From an uncultured Acidobacteriota bacterium (GTDB lineage Bacteria; Acidobacteriota; Thermoanaerobaculia; UBA5066; DATFVB01): DNA of 64,000 nucleotides. The notes beneath the pieces were generated by a model. The model worked only from the letters and a program-made list of their open reading frames with translations. It did not search any database and was not told the DNA's origin. Every line of letters begins with the position of its first letter. The stretch's first letter is position 1. The stretch lies in assembly GCA_963813155.1 (NCBI GenBank), contig CAWEYG010000005.1, forward strand, positions 75,524-139,523. The letters are read 5' to 3'. A program made the position numbers and the translations under genes. Shown here one piece after another: positions 51,468 through 61,437 of this stretch.

Positions 51468-52827
51468 TCAGTCACCCGCTTCATCGTCCCGCACGAAGGC
51501 TCCGGCATCGTCGCGGTCGGCGACGTCCACCGGGTGAACGTACTTTTCGACGTGCCGGCGCGTGTCGCCGGCCTTCAGTTTTTCGAACAGGAAGTCGAAT
51601 TTCGCCTCGAGATCCCGCGAGATCGCGTCTCTCGTGCCGACCGGGAGCGTCCACAGGGCCTCCTTGAAGGGACCGAGCGCTTTCTTTCGCGCTTTGTAGA
51701 GAAACTGTTCCTGCGTTTCGCCGGTCTTGCGCTCGTCGGCGGCGTTGTCGTAGAGCCATCGGTAGATCGTCTCTCGCAGGAGGCCGGGAAGAGCCGGGTG
51801 GTCGAGGATCATGTTCTGGAACCCCGTCGCGAGGTGGATCTCGGCGGCCTCCGCTCGCGGGAAAAGGCCGAAATCGCTCTCCGGCAGCGTCGAGGCGCCG
51901 TGCTGGACCGCGCCCGCGAGGCCGAACTCTTCGCGGGCGATCCGCGAGATCGCTTCGATCGCCGAAAAATCCACCGACATTTTCTTCAGGCTTCCGTCGG
52001 GCGCGACCATTCCGCCGTGGGCGGAACCTGTTTGAATGGACACCTTCGCGATTCCCTTCTCCCCGGAGAGGTTTCCCGAGTAGCCGCGCATGTAGGCGCG
52101 GAATTCCTCCGGGGTCGAGTTCTCCTTGCCCACCTCGCCGATCTCCCCTCCGATGGAAATGGCGACCTCCCGGGGCTGGTGGCGGCGGATATAGCGGGTG
52201 AAGTGGGCGCAATTCTCGTAATTCGGCCGTTGCTGCTCGTCGACCGTGGGCTTCGAGAGATCGACGAGCGTCGACGTGTCGATGTCGATCTGATAGAAAC
52301 GCGCGGCGATCGCCTCCCGGATGAGATCCTCGATCGCTTTCACTTCCCTCGCGGGATCCGCCTTCATTTTCTTCGCGTTCGTCTGGAAGTGATCGCCCTG
52401 CAGGAATACCGGGCCGGTCCATTCTTCGCGCAGGGCGGCGGCCAGGATGACCGCGGTGTATTCGGCGGGCCGCTGGTCGGTGTACCCGATCTCGCTGCGG
52501 GCGATCTCGAAGATGAAGGCTCCCGCCGAGATCCTCTCGGGCGGTTCGAAAGACGGCGCGCGCGCAGTCGTAAGTGAGAGCCCGGAGGTTGAGCGCAGGA
52601 ACGGTGAACCCGCCGATCTCGCCCCGGCCGCGGGCCTCGTAGAGGGGCAGGATCGACGCCGGAAGGATGCCGCGATCGGCCGCGAGACGGCGGATGCGGG
52701 CGCGCGCGGCCCGCTTTTCCGCTTCCCCTTCGAAGACGGCGCTCCAGACCAGGTTGTCGACCTCGCGGGCGCCATAGCGGAGCTCGCCGACGGAAAGCGG
52801 TTCCTTCGACGCCTCGATCGTGCTCAT
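51468..52827 (-). pseudogene. Class II (metal-dependent) ketose-bisphosphate aldolase family protein with one frameshift (extra G near 52530)
   Basis: N-terminal 85 codons MSTIEASKEPLSVGELRYGA...GEIGGFTVPALNLRALTYDCARAVFRTARE lie in one frame; ISAGAFIFEIARSEIGYTDQRP...PVFLQGDHFQ...IQTGSAHGG... lie in the +1 frame. The ATG at 52827 has a GGAGGA RBS. Confidence 0.7.
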
Positions 52828-52889
52828 CGTGCTCCTCCGATTCCGGATTCTATCCGCCCGGGAAAACGGGCGCTTGCCGGCGGCCGGAT

Positions 52890-53439
52890 TCAGGGCTTGC
52901 GGAAATTCTCCTCGCTCCACGGAATCGAGACGTTGATCGTGTACTCGCCGCGGCGCTTTCCGGAGAGACGGCGCGAGATCGCGAAAGTCCCGGCCGGGGT
53001 GATCTCGGCAGGAGTGATCGTGACGCTCTGCTCGTCGCCGCTTTCCATCGAGATGATTTCCGTCGACAGGTTCTTCAGGTTCAGGCGCAGGGGATGCTCG
53101 AGTCCCGCCAATCCGATGACTTCCGCCGCGAACGAGGTTGAGTCGCCCGTGTGGATGATCGGGCGCGGCGGGGTCAGTCGAAGGCCGACGGTGCGAAAAT
53201 CCCCCGAAACCCTGTCGGTACCGTTCTGGAATTCGATGCGGGTTTTGCCGATCGGGTCCTTCGGAACGTCGAAAATGCACGCACGCGGCGATTCCGCGAC
53301 GATATGAGCCGTCAGGCCGCCGATCGTGACTGAAGTTTTCGTGAGATCGCCGTCGAACGGGCCGACAACGAGCGCCCGGTTGAAGACGAGGCCCTCGCTT
53401 CGGCAGGATGAAGCTCGGGCTGTTGAGAAGCGTCGTCAC
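52890..53439 (-). pseudogene. Hypothetical beta-rich protein; GTG start overlaps the upstream stop (GTGA), and a frameshift sits in a GGG run ~50 nt later
   Basis: Frame f1 VTTLLNSPSFILPKRG joins frame f2 LVFNRALVVGPFDGDLTKTSVTIGGLTAHIVAESPRACIFDVPKDPIGKTRIEFQNGTDRVSGDFRTVGLRLTPPRPIIHTGDSTSFAAEVIGLAGLEHPLRLNLKNLSTEIISMESGDEQ...NFRKP* when one G is removed. Confidence 0.5.
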
Positions 53440-53849
53440 TTTCGGGAACCGACAGCGTTTGGCTCGGAGATCGCCTTCGCCTCCAGCTCGAGGGTCAACC
53501 AGGAGCCCGTCGACCGGAGACTCCGGGGACAGACGAAGATGCCCATGTCGACCCGAAAAGTCGCGCCGCAGATATCGACGCTCAGCGACTGCAGGGCCGC
53601 GTTGTTCGCGGCGCGCTCGGGCTCTTTCGTTCCCTTCGGGAGCGTCGCGAAGGTCCCCGAAATGTGATCGCCGGGCGCCATGTCGCTCGGAAAATTCGCG
53701 TAGACGTTTCCGAGGTTCGTTCCGAAATTCGCGGAAAGGACTCCCGGGCCGATCTCCACGATGCGCGACTCGATGAGGATCTGGGGAGTCGGTTGTCGAG
53801 CCCCCTTCCATACGCGAAGACAGGCCACATCAAAGCCGCCGACATCCAC
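53436..53849 (-). CDS. Hypothetical protein (137 aa), first gene of a coupled pair
   Basis: MDVGGFDVACLRVWKGARQPTPQILIESRIVEIGPGVLSANFGTNLGNVYANFPSDMAPGDHISGTFATLPKGTK...; protein-like composition, no known motif. Confidence 0.5.
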   Translation of the reverse strand: MDVGGFDVACLRVWKGARQPTPQILIESRIVEIGPGVLSANFGTNLGNVYANFPSDMAPGDHISGTFATLPKGTKEPERAANNAALQSLSVDICGATFRVDMGIFVCPRSLRSTGSWLTLELEAKAISEPNAVGSRK

Positions 53850-53876
53850 GCTCTCTTCATTCGGAACCTCTCCTTA

Positions 53877-54344
53877 ATGCTATCAAGGGAACAGGTTTCT
53901 GCTACGCTTCCCTTCCGTCCGGAGGGAACCTTGATCCGACTTTCCCGGCAAATCCATTTCAACGCCTCCCGCCATCTCTGGCGTTCCGACTGGAGCGAAG
54001 ACCGAAATCGTTCCGTGTTCGGCGAAGAATCCCCCCACGGATACGGGCACAACTATCGTCTGGAGGTGGAGATCGCGGGCGAGATCGACCCGGAGAAGGC
54101 GATGGTCGTGAACCTCACCGATCTCGACCGGATCCTGAAGGAGGAGGTCGACCGCCCCCTCGACCACCGGAACCTCAACCTCGACGTGCCCGGGTTCGAA
54201 ACGACGATTCCGACGTTCGAGAACCTCGCGCGGTGGATCTGGGAGCGCGTTTCGGCGCGGATCGAGAAAGAAAAATGGCCCTGCCGCATTTCGCGGCTGC
54301 GGCTCTCTCCGACGCCGGAGATCACCGTCGAGATCGAGGAGTGA
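53877..54344 (+). CDS. queD: 6-carboxy-5,6,7,8-tetrahydropterin synthase / 6-pyruvoyl-tetrahydropterin synthase family (QueD-like)
   Basis: Catalytic motif ESPHGYGHNYRLEVEI; start could instead be the TTG at 53931 (MIRLSRQIHFNASRHL...). Confidence 0.75.
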   Translation: MLSREQVSATLPFRPEGTLIRLSRQIHFNASRHLWRSDWSEDRNRSVFGEESPHGYGHNYRLEVEIAGEIDPEKAMVVNLTDLDRILKEEVDRPLDHRNLNLDVPGFETTIPTFENLARWIWERVSARIEKEKWPCRISRLRLSPTPEITVEIEE

Positions 54345-54345
54345 G

Positions 54346-55296
54346 GTGCGCTACCTCCAGGTTACCGCCTCGCCCGCCGGCTATTCTTCGCATCTCGCCG
54401 AAGCGGCGCTCCCGTCGCCCTCGGCGGGCGAAGTCCTCGTCCGCGTCGTCGCATCCGGCTTGAACCGGGCCGACCTCTCGCAGATCGCCGGAAAATATCC
54501 TCCTCCGCCGGGCGAGTCGGAGATTCTCGGGATGGAGATTTCCGGAACCGTCGAGGGAACAGGCGAGAAAGTCTGCGCGCTCCTGGCGGGCGGCGGCCAC
54601 GCCGAATACGCCTGCGTTCCCGCAGGCCAGCTCCTGCCGGCCCCGAAATCGCTCGACCTCGTGTCCGCGGCCGCCATCCCGGAGGCCTTTCTCACCGCGT
54701 TCCTGAATCTTCGGATCGAGGGCGGGTTGAAGGCCGGCGAACGCGCCCTGATTCACGCAGGCGGTTCCGGAGTGGGCCTCGCGGCGATTCAGGTCGCCAG
54801 GCTCAGCGGCGCGGCCGTCGCCGCGACGACCCGAACGGCGGGCAAGCTCGCCAGGCTCGAGGAGGCGGGCGCCGAGCTCGCGATCGACACGTCGGCCGGG
54901 CGCTTCGAGGACGCGATCGAGAAACGGTGGGGGAAAGACGCGATTTCCGTCATTCTCGACCCCGTCGGAGCCTCGACGCTCGCGGGAGACCTTGCGGTGC
55001 TCTCGGTCGGGGGCCGGGTGATCGCCCTCGCGACGATGTCCGGATCGAACGCGGAGCTCGAGATCGCCCTGCTGATGAAGAAACGAGCCCGCCTGATCGG
55101 TTCGACACTGCGCTCCCGCTCCCGCGCGGAAAAGGCGGAGATCGTGCGCCGATTCTGCGAGGAGGTGCTCCCCGCTTTCGACACGGGCGCGCTGTCGGTC
55201 TCGATCGATTCGATCTACCCGACCGAGCGCGCCGCGGAAGCGTTCACCCGGATGCGCGAGAACAAGAACATCGGGAAAATCCTGATTTCCTGGTGA
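54346..55296 (+). CDS. NAD(P)H:quinone oxidoreductase (zinc-independent MDR, Qor/PIG3 type)
   Basis: GTG start; GLNRADLSQIAGKYPPPPGESEILGMEISGTV...HAGGSGVGLAAIQVA. Confidence 0.85.
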   Translation: MRYLQVTASPAGYSSHLAEAALPSPSAGEVLVRVVASGLNRADLSQIAGKYPPPPGESEILGMEISGTVEGTGEKVCALLAGGGHAEYACVPAGQLLPAPKSLDLVSAAAIPEAFLTAFLNLRIEGGLKAGERALIHAGGSGVGLAAIQVARLSGAAVAATTRTAGKLARLEEAGAELAIDTSAGRFEDAIEKRWGKDAISVILDPVGASTLAGDLAVLSVGGRVIALATMSGSNAELEIALLMKKRARLIGSTLRSRSRAEKAEIVRRFCEEVLPAFDTGALSVSIDSIYPTERAAEAFTRMRENKNIGKILISW

Positions 55297-55325
55297 CGAG
55301 CGCAGCGAGAGGATCGCCTCGCGAG

Positions 55326-55772
55326 CTATGCTCGCCGGTGGTCCGCCCGCCAGTTCTTGACCCGCTTCTTGACTTCCTTCCTCGCGAGCTTCTCCGAGAC
55401 GGCGGCGCGTGCGAGCTCGGCGAGCTCGGCATCGGAAGCGAAGCGCAGCCCGATCAACTGGTCGTCCGACAGCTGGGTTCCGGCGTCTTTGCCCGCCGCA
55501 CCGATTACTTTTTCCAGCCGAAGTCTTTCTTCCAGCCCGATCAGCCGATCCTGCACGGCAAGCGGATACAGGCGCGTCTTCAGAGTGTTGATCGCGAGCG
55601 CGAGCGCCACGACGACGATCACGCCGCTCTGGGGAGTCGGATGCCGAATGACGTGGATGATCGAGTAGATCGGAAACAGCAGCAAGAGCACCGGGAGCGC
55701 GAAGAAATGGAAGATCGGGTCCCATCGGGCGTGATTGGCAAAACTCTGGGATTTCGGGTCGCTCATGTTCAA
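55326..55772 (-). CDS. Hypothetical membrane protein (2 TM)
   Basis: FHFFALPVLLLLFPIYSIIHVI and GVIVVVALALAINTL hydrophobic segments; 148 aa. Confidence 0.5.
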   Translation of the reverse strand: MNMSDPKSQSFANHARWDPIFHFFALPVLLLLFPIYSIIHVIRHPTPQSGVIVVVALALAINTLKTRLYPLAVQDRLIGLEERLRLEKVIGAAGKDAGTQLSDDQLIGLRFASDAELAELARAAVSEKLARKEVKKRVKNWRADHRRA

Positions 55773-55857
55773 CTCCTTATGACTTCGCCGGCGATCTTAC
55801 CGGATAGAGCCGATGGAAGAGAAAGAACATTAGCGCGCGAACCGCAAAGCGCGAGCG

Positions 55858-57333
55858 ATGTTCCGTCCGGAGGAGTACTCTCGGCGGGTGAGTTCCCCCG
55901 GAATCGGCGGACCGATCGCCGATCCTTCGTCGATTCGGGCGCTCTTCGAGCGCCACAGTCTGGCCCTTGCCCGCGAACCTCCCTCGACGGCGAGGGAGAG
56001 GATCGAGAAGCTCGAACGGCTCGGGCGAGCCATCGAATTTTCGAGAAACGAGATCCTGGCGGCGGTCCATGCCGATTTCCGGAAGTCCCCGGCGGAGGCG
56101 CTGTTGTCCGAGATCTTCGTGGTCGCGACCGAGATCCGCAGCGCCCGTCGTTCGTTGAGGCGGTGGATGAAACCGCGCCGGGTGCCGGGCCGCCTCTCCT
56201 ATCTCGGAGGCCGCGGCGAGATCCGACGGGAGCCCCGGGGCGTGGTCCTGATCCTTTCGCCCTGGAATTTTCCGTTTCAGCTCGCGGTCGGGCCCCTGGT
56301 CTCCGCCGTCGCCGCCGGAAACCGGGCGATCGTGAAGCCGTCGGAGTTCACTCCTCGCACCTCGGCAGCCTTGAAAAAGATTCTGGCGGACGTCTTCCCC
56401 GAGGACGAGGTCGCGGTCGTCGAGGGAGACGCGACCGTCGCCCAATCGTTGCTCGAGTTTCCGTTCGACCACATTTATTTCACTGGAAGCGCGTCGATCG
56501 GCCGGAGAGTTCTCGCCGCTTCCGTCAAGCATCTCTCCTCCGTCACGCTCGAGCTCGGAGGCAAGTGCCCGGTCCTCGTGGACGAGGGGGCGGATCTTCG
56601 CGAGGCGGCGAAGAAGATCGCGTGGGGAAAGTTTCTGAACGCGGGCCAGACTTGCGTCGCGCCGGACTACGTCGTGATTCCACGACCCCGGCTCGACGAA
56701 TTCGTCCGCGAGATGAAGTTCGCGATCCAGGATCTCTACGGGCCCGACGAGGGGATTTCGACCAACCCCGACTATTGCCGGCTTGTCGACGCGCGTCATT
56801 TTGCGTCGGTTCGGGGCCTGCTCGACGATGCCTTGAGATCCGGCGCGAGCATCGTCGCGGGCGGCCAGGTCGATGCGTCCGACAACTTCGTCGCCCCGAC
56901 GCTCGTCACCGGCGCCGGCGCGGACTCCCGCCTGCTTCGGGAGGAGATCTTCGGGCCGGTCCTGCCGATCGTCGCCGTCGAAGGGTTCGACGGGGCGATC
57001 GAATTCGTGAAGAGCCTCCCGCCTCCGCTCGCCCTCTACGTTTTCAGCCGGGACAGCGCCCGCATCGCGGCGGCGATCGACCGGATTTCGTCGGGAAGCG
57101 TTCTCGTGAACGACGTCGTCAGCCACTTCTGCCACCCCGATCTCCCTTTCGGCGGGATTCGGGACAGCGGACTCGGGAGGTCCCACGGCGAGGCGGGCTT
57201 CCGGGAATTCTCGCGCGAGCGGGCGATCTTCCGGCAGCCGAAGCGGACGATGATGGGGCTTCTCTACCCGCCGTACACGGCGACCACGAGAAGACTCCTC
57301 GGCCTTGCGGTCCGCTTCCTTTCCGGACGCTGA
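55858..57333 (+). CDS. Aldehyde dehydrogenase family protein (ALDH3/coniferyl-aldehyde DH-like)
   Basis: LELGGKCP...catalytic Cys in NAGQTCVAPDYV...EEIFGPVLPI; 491-aa ORF (the true start may be downstream). Confidence 0.85.
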   Translation: MFRPEEYSRRVSSPGIGGPIADPSSIRALFERHSLALAREPPSTARERIEKLERLGRAIEFSRNEILAAVHADFRKSPAEALLSEIFVVATEIRSARRSLRRWMKPRRVPGRLSYLGGRGEIRREPRGVVLILSPWNFPFQLAVGPLVSAVAAGNRAIVKPSEFTPRTSAALKKILADVFPEDEVAVVEGDATVAQSLLEFPFDHIYFTGSASIGRRVLAASVKHLSSVTLELGGKCPVLVDEGADLREAAKKIAWGKFLNAGQTCVAPDYVVIPRPRLDEFVREMKFAIQDLYGPDEGISTNPDYCRLVDARHFASVRGLLDDALRSGASIVAGGQVDASDNFVAPTLVTGAGADSRLLREEIFGPVLPIVAVEGFDGAIEFVKSLPPPLALYVFSRDSARIAAAIDRISSGSVLVNDVVSHFCHPDLPFGGIRDSGLGRSHGEAGFREFSRERAIFRQPKRTMMGLLYPPYTATTRRLLGLAVRFLSGR

Positions 57334-57389
57334 TTCTGTCTCGCTCCGGCCGAGGGGCGGGTTAAGATCCGTCCGCAGGAGAAACGATC

Positions 57390-58931
57390 ATGACGAGTTG
57401 GAAACAAGCCACGGCGGCGGTGTCGATCCTTTTCGCGCTTTCTCTGTCGGGCGGGACGTCGCGGGCGCAGGACGGAAAGGGCGACGAGAAAAAAGAAGAG
57501 AAGAAGGACGCGCCGAAGCCGGCGCCGGAAACCAAGCCGGTCGTCACGCAACACGAAATCCAGCTCGGCGGGAAGCCTCTCCGTTACACCGCGACCGCCG
57601 GCTATATGCCGATGAAGGATGAAGAGGGCAAGCTCAAGGCGAACATCTTTTTCGTCGCCTATACCCGCGACGGAGGCGATTCCTCCCGCCGCCCGGTGAC
57701 GTTCGCCTACAACGGGGGACCCGGTTCCTCCTCCGTCTGGCTTCACCTCGGCGCCCTGGGTCCCAAACGAGTCGCGATGCAGGATGAAGGCTGGGCGCTT
57801 CCTCCCCCGTACCGCCTCGTCGACAACGAACAGACCTGGCTCTCGTTCACGGATCTGGTGTTCATCGACCCGGTCACGACCGGGTTCAGCCGCCCCGCGA
57901 CCGGCGAGAAACCGGAGCAGTTTCACGGCCTGCGGGAGGACGTCGAGTCGGTCGGCGATTTCATCCGTCTGTACACGACGCGCTACCACCGCTGGGCGTC
58001 GCCGAAATTCCTCGCCGGGGAGAGCTATGGCACGACGCGATCCGCAGGGCTCGCCGGCTATCTCCAGCGCCGACAGGGCATGTACCTCAACGGGATCACG
58101 CTCATCTCGACCGTGCTGAACTTCCAGACGCTCGAGTTCAATCCGGGAAACGACCTGCCGTACATCCTGTTCCTTCCGTCCGAGACGGCGGCGGCGTGGT
58201 ACCACAAGAAGCTTCCGGCCGACCTGCAGGGGAATTTCGACGCGGCGCTCGCGGAGTCGCGAAAGTTCGCGGCGGGCGACTATTCGCTCGCGCTGCTCGC
58301 GGGGGACCGGCTGCCGGCGGAAAAGAGATCTGCGGCCGCGAAAGAGCTTTCCCGGCTCAGCGGCATCTCCGAGAGATTCATCGATCAGCACGACCTTCGT
58401 TTCACCGAGGGCGAGTTCTTCGCCGAGCTTCTCCGGGACCAGGGGAAGACGATCGGGCGTCTCGACGCGAGATTCACGCGTCCGCTGCTCACCGATTCGG
58501 AGCGGGAGTTCGGGACCGACCCGAGCTACGAGGCGATCTACGGCCCCTACACGGCGCTGCTGAACAACTACGTCCGCGAAGATCTCAAGTACGAAAACGA
58601 CCTGCCCTACGAGATCCTGACGGGACGCGTTCAGCCCTGGAAGTTTCCGGAGGGGCAGTACGCCAACGTCGCGCAGACCCTGCGCGACGCGATCGTTCAG
58701 AACCCGGCACTTCACGTTTTCGTCGCGGCGGGATATTTCGACTTTGCGACGCCGTTCTTCGCCGCCGAGTACACGATCGACCACCTGGGGCTCCCTCCCG
58801 CGCTTCGGGGGAACGTGTCGCTCGACCACTTTCCGGCGGGGCACATGGTCTACATCCAGAAGCCTTCGCTCGACCGTCTGACGAAGGACGTCGAGACGTT
58901 CTACTCCACCGCGAACTCCGGCAAGCCCTGA
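57390..58931 (+). CDS. S10 family serine carboxypeptidase, secreted
   Basis: Signal peptide; FAYNGGPGSSS and GESYGTT motifs of peptidase S10. Confidence 0.8.
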   Translation: MTSWKQATAAVSILFALSLSGGTSRAQDGKGDEKKEEKKDAPKPAPETKPVVTQHEIQLGGKPLRYTATAGYMPMKDEEGKLKANIFFVAYTRDGGDSSRRPVTFAYNGGPGSSSVWLHLGALGPKRVAMQDEGWALPPPYRLVDNEQTWLSFTDLVFIDPVTTGFSRPATGEKPEQFHGLREDVESVGDFIRLYTTRYHRWASPKFLAGESYGTTRSAGLAGYLQRRQGMYLNGITLISTVLNFQTLEFNPGNDLPYILFLPSETAAAWYHKKLPADLQGNFDAALAESRKFAAGDYSLALLAGDRLPAEKRSAAAKELSRLSGISERFIDQHDLRFTEGEFFAELLRDQGKTIGRLDARFTRPLLTDSEREFGTDPSYEAIYGPYTALLNNYVREDLKYENDLPYEILTGRVQPWKFPEGQYANVAQTLRDAIVQNPALHVFVAAGYFDFATPFFAAEYTIDHLGLPPALRGNVSLDHFPAGHMVYIQKPSLDRLTKDVETFYSTANSGKP

Positions 58932-58932
58932 T

Positions 58933-59922
58933 TCAGCGCGGGAGCGACTGCCCGAACGGCGGGCGGTGCACCCCTCGTTCGGTGACGATCGCGGAGATGT
59001 ACCGCGCGGGAGTGACGTCGAAGGCGGGATGGCGCGCCGAGACGCCGGCCGGCGCGACGGCGACTCCGGCGATGGAGGTGACTTCGCCGGACGAGCGTTC
59101 CTCGATGGGAATCCCCGATCCGTCGGCGATCGAAAGATCGAGCGTCGTCATCGGCGCGGCGACGTAGAACGGCACGCCGTTCTCTTTCGCGAGGACGGCG
59201 AGGGAGTAGGTCCCGATCTTGTTCGCCGTGTCCCCGTTCGCCGCGATGCGGTCCGCGCCGACGATCACCGCCGAGACTTCCCCGCGCGAGAGAAAGTGCC
59301 CCGCCATTCCGTCCGTGATGATTTCGACGGGGATTCCGTCCCGCTGAAGCTCCCACGCCGTCAGGCGCGCGCCCTGCAGGAAGGGACGAGTCTCGTCGGC
59401 GAGCACGCGGATTTGTTTTCCGTCCTCGACCGCGCCGCGGATGACGCCGAGAGCCGTTCCGTACCCGGACGTCGCGAGCGCGCCCGCGTTGCAGTGCGTG
59501 AGGACGGTCGCGCCGGTGGAAAGCAGCTGCGCCCCGTGCCGCCCGATCGCGCGGCAGGCTTCGATTCCCTCCTCGGAGAGTTTGCGGGCCTCTTCCGGGA
59601 GGTCTTTCCGGAGCGCGAACGCCCGTTCCATCCGCTCGACCGCCGCGAAAAGATCGCGGGCCGTCGGCCGGGCGGCCCGGATCACCCGCGCCGCATTCGC
59701 GAAGCTCTCGTCGCCGCTTCCGGCGAGGGCCATGCCGAATGCCGCGGCGGCGCCGATGGCCGGCGCTCCCCGGACGGCCATGTCGCGGATCGCGGCGGCG
59801 ACCTCCTCGGGCGTCTCGAGCTCGAGCCAGACTTCCTTTCCGGGCAGCAGGCGCTGGTCGAGAAGCTTCAGCTTCCCCGCTTCCCAGTAAAGCGGGCGGA
59901 AGAGGTCCATGCGAGGGATCAT
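58933..59922 (-). CDS. mtnA: S-methyl-5-thioribose-1-phosphate isomerase (eIF-2B alpha/beta/delta-like)
   Basis: [27 protein letters not shown]...[18 protein letters not shown]...[10 protein letters not shown]...[18 protein letters not shown]. Start placed at ATG 59922 so as to lie outside repeat copy C (the longest ORF start is 59964). Confidence 0.85.
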   Translation of the reverse strand: MIPRMDLFRPLYWEAGKLKLLDQRLLPGKEVWLELETPEEVAAAIRDMAVRGAPAIGAAAAFGMALAGSGDESFANAARVIRAARPTARDLFAAVERMERAFALRKDLPEEARKLSEEGIEACRAIGRHGAQLLSTGATVLTHCNAGALATSGYGTALGVIRGAVEDGKQIRVLADETRPFLQGARLTAWELQRDGIPVEIITDGMAGHFLSRGEVSAVIVGADRIAANGDTANKIGTYSLAVLAKENGVPFYVAAPMTTLDLSIADGSGIPIEERSSGEVTSIAGVAVAPAGVSARHPAFDVTPARYISAIVTERGVHRPPFGQSLPR

Positions 59923-59952
59923 AAGGCGAATAGAAATTCGCTCGGCCGACGA

Positions 59953-60060
59953 GGGTCCTGTCATGGGAGTCGCCCCGCTTTTCCGCTCGCTGCGAATGTG
60001 AGGACTTTGCTACGACTCCGCGCCGCGAGCGGCAAAAGGGGGTCTCCTCCCATGCCACCC
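59953..60060 (-). repeat. Copy C (inverted) of the ~110-nt structured intergenic repeat, between divergent mtnA and pgk
   Basis: The reverse complement reads GGGTGGCATGGGAGGAGACCCCCTTTTGCCGCTCGCGGCGCGGAGTCGTAGCAAAGTCCTCACATTCGCAGCGAGCGGAAAAGCGGGGCGACTCCCATGACAGGACCC. Confidence 0.8.
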
Positions 60061-60260
60061 TTCCGGCCTTCGCTCAGGTGGGGGCTCCGCCTCTGAGCAA
60101 AGATCCGCGAGGGTCCGGGTCAACGCGCCGGCGCAGGCTGGTCTCTGAGATCCCGAGGGAAAGCGAACTGCGGCCGAGGGTCGAAGAGACTTGCCGAGAC
60201 CGGCGCTGGGGCTTGACCGCGAGCGGATCGAGCGAAGCTCCCTGCGCTAAGATTCGCCCG

Positions 60261-61433
60261 ATGAAGACCCTCGACGACGTCGACCTCCGCGGGAAGACCG
60301 TTTTCCTCCGCGTCGACTTCAACGTGCCGCTGAAAGACGGGCGCGTCGCCGACGACATGCGGATCGTCGAGACCGTGCCGACGATTCGCCGGGCGATCGA
60401 GGCCGGCGCGAAACTCGTGCTCGCGAGCCACCTCGGAAAGCCGAAGGGGAAGAGGGACGAAAAGCTCACGCTCCGACCCGTTTCGCTCCGCCTGGCGGAG
60501 CTCCTGAAGCAGCCCGTCTTTTTCGCGACGGATTGCGTTGGCGAAGAGGTCCGCGCCCAGGTCGCGAAGCTCGCGCCCGGCGACGTGCTCCTGCTCGAGA
60601 ACCTCCGTTTCCACGCCGGCGAGGAGAAGAACGATCCGGAGTTCGCCGCCGCGCTCGCGGAAGGAATCGAAATCTACGTCGACGACGCCTTCGGCGCGGC
60701 GCATCGGGCCCACGCGTCGATCGTCGGCGTTCCGAAGCGCGTCGCCGTCCGCGCCGCGGGGCTCCTCATGGCTTCCGAGGTCCAACACCTTTCGGCGCTG
60801 CTCGAGCCCGAGCGGCCGTTCGCCGCAATTCTCGGCGGCGCGAAGATCTCGACGAAAATGGAGCCCCTGCACGCGCTCGCCGGCCTGGCGGACATGCTGC
60901 TCCTGGGCGGCGGAATGGCGAATCATTTCGTTCGGGCCATCGGACTGCCGGTCGGAAAGTCGCTGCTCGAGGAAGACCGCGTTCCGGTCGCGCGGGAAAT
61001 CCTCGACCTGTGCAAGGAAGAGGGAAAGACGATCGCCCTTCCCTCCGATTTCGTCGTGGCGAAAGACCCCGCGGACGGAAAGAACGCGAAGACCGTGTCC
61101 ATCCAGGGAATTCCCCCGGACAAGATGGCGCTCGACATCGGCCCGAAGACCGTCGAGCAGTTCACCCGCCTCCTCGGCGACGCTCGGACGATCTTCTGGA
61201 ACGGTCCGATGGGGGTTTTCGAAAGCCCTCCGTTCGACAAGGGGACAATGGCGGTCGCCCGCCTGCTGGCGGAGTCGGGCGCGGTGACGGTCGTGGGCGG
61301 CGGCGAATCCGTGCAGGCCGTCCGCCGGGCCGGAGTGGCCGGGAAGATCACCCACGTTTCGACGGGCGGCGGGGCTTCGCTCGAGTTCCTGTCGGGCGTC
61401 GAGCTTCCGGGGCTGACAGCGCTGGAAGAGTAA
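60261..61433 (+). CDS. pgk: Phosphoglycerate kinase
   Basis: MKTLDDVDLRGKTVFLRVDFNVP...; 390 aa. Confidence 0.95.
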   Translation: MKTLDDVDLRGKTVFLRVDFNVPLKDGRVADDMRIVETVPTIRRAIEAGAKLVLASHLGKPKGKRDEKLTLRPVSLRLAELLKQPVFFATDCVGEEVRAQVAKLAPGDVLLLENLRFHAGEEKNDPEFAAALAEGIEIYVDDAFGAAHRAHASIVGVPKRVAVRAAGLLMASEVQHLSALLEPERPFAAILGGAKISTKMEPLHALAGLADMLLLGGGMANHFVRAIGLPVGKSLLEEDRVPVAREILDLCKEEGKTIALPSDFVVAKDPADGKNAKTVSIQGIPPDKMALDIGPKTVEQFTRLLGDARTIFWNGPMGVFESPPFDKGTMAVARLLAESGAVTVVGGGESVQAVRRAGVAGKITHVSTGGGASLEFLSGVELPGLTALEE

Positions 61434-61437
61434 GACC

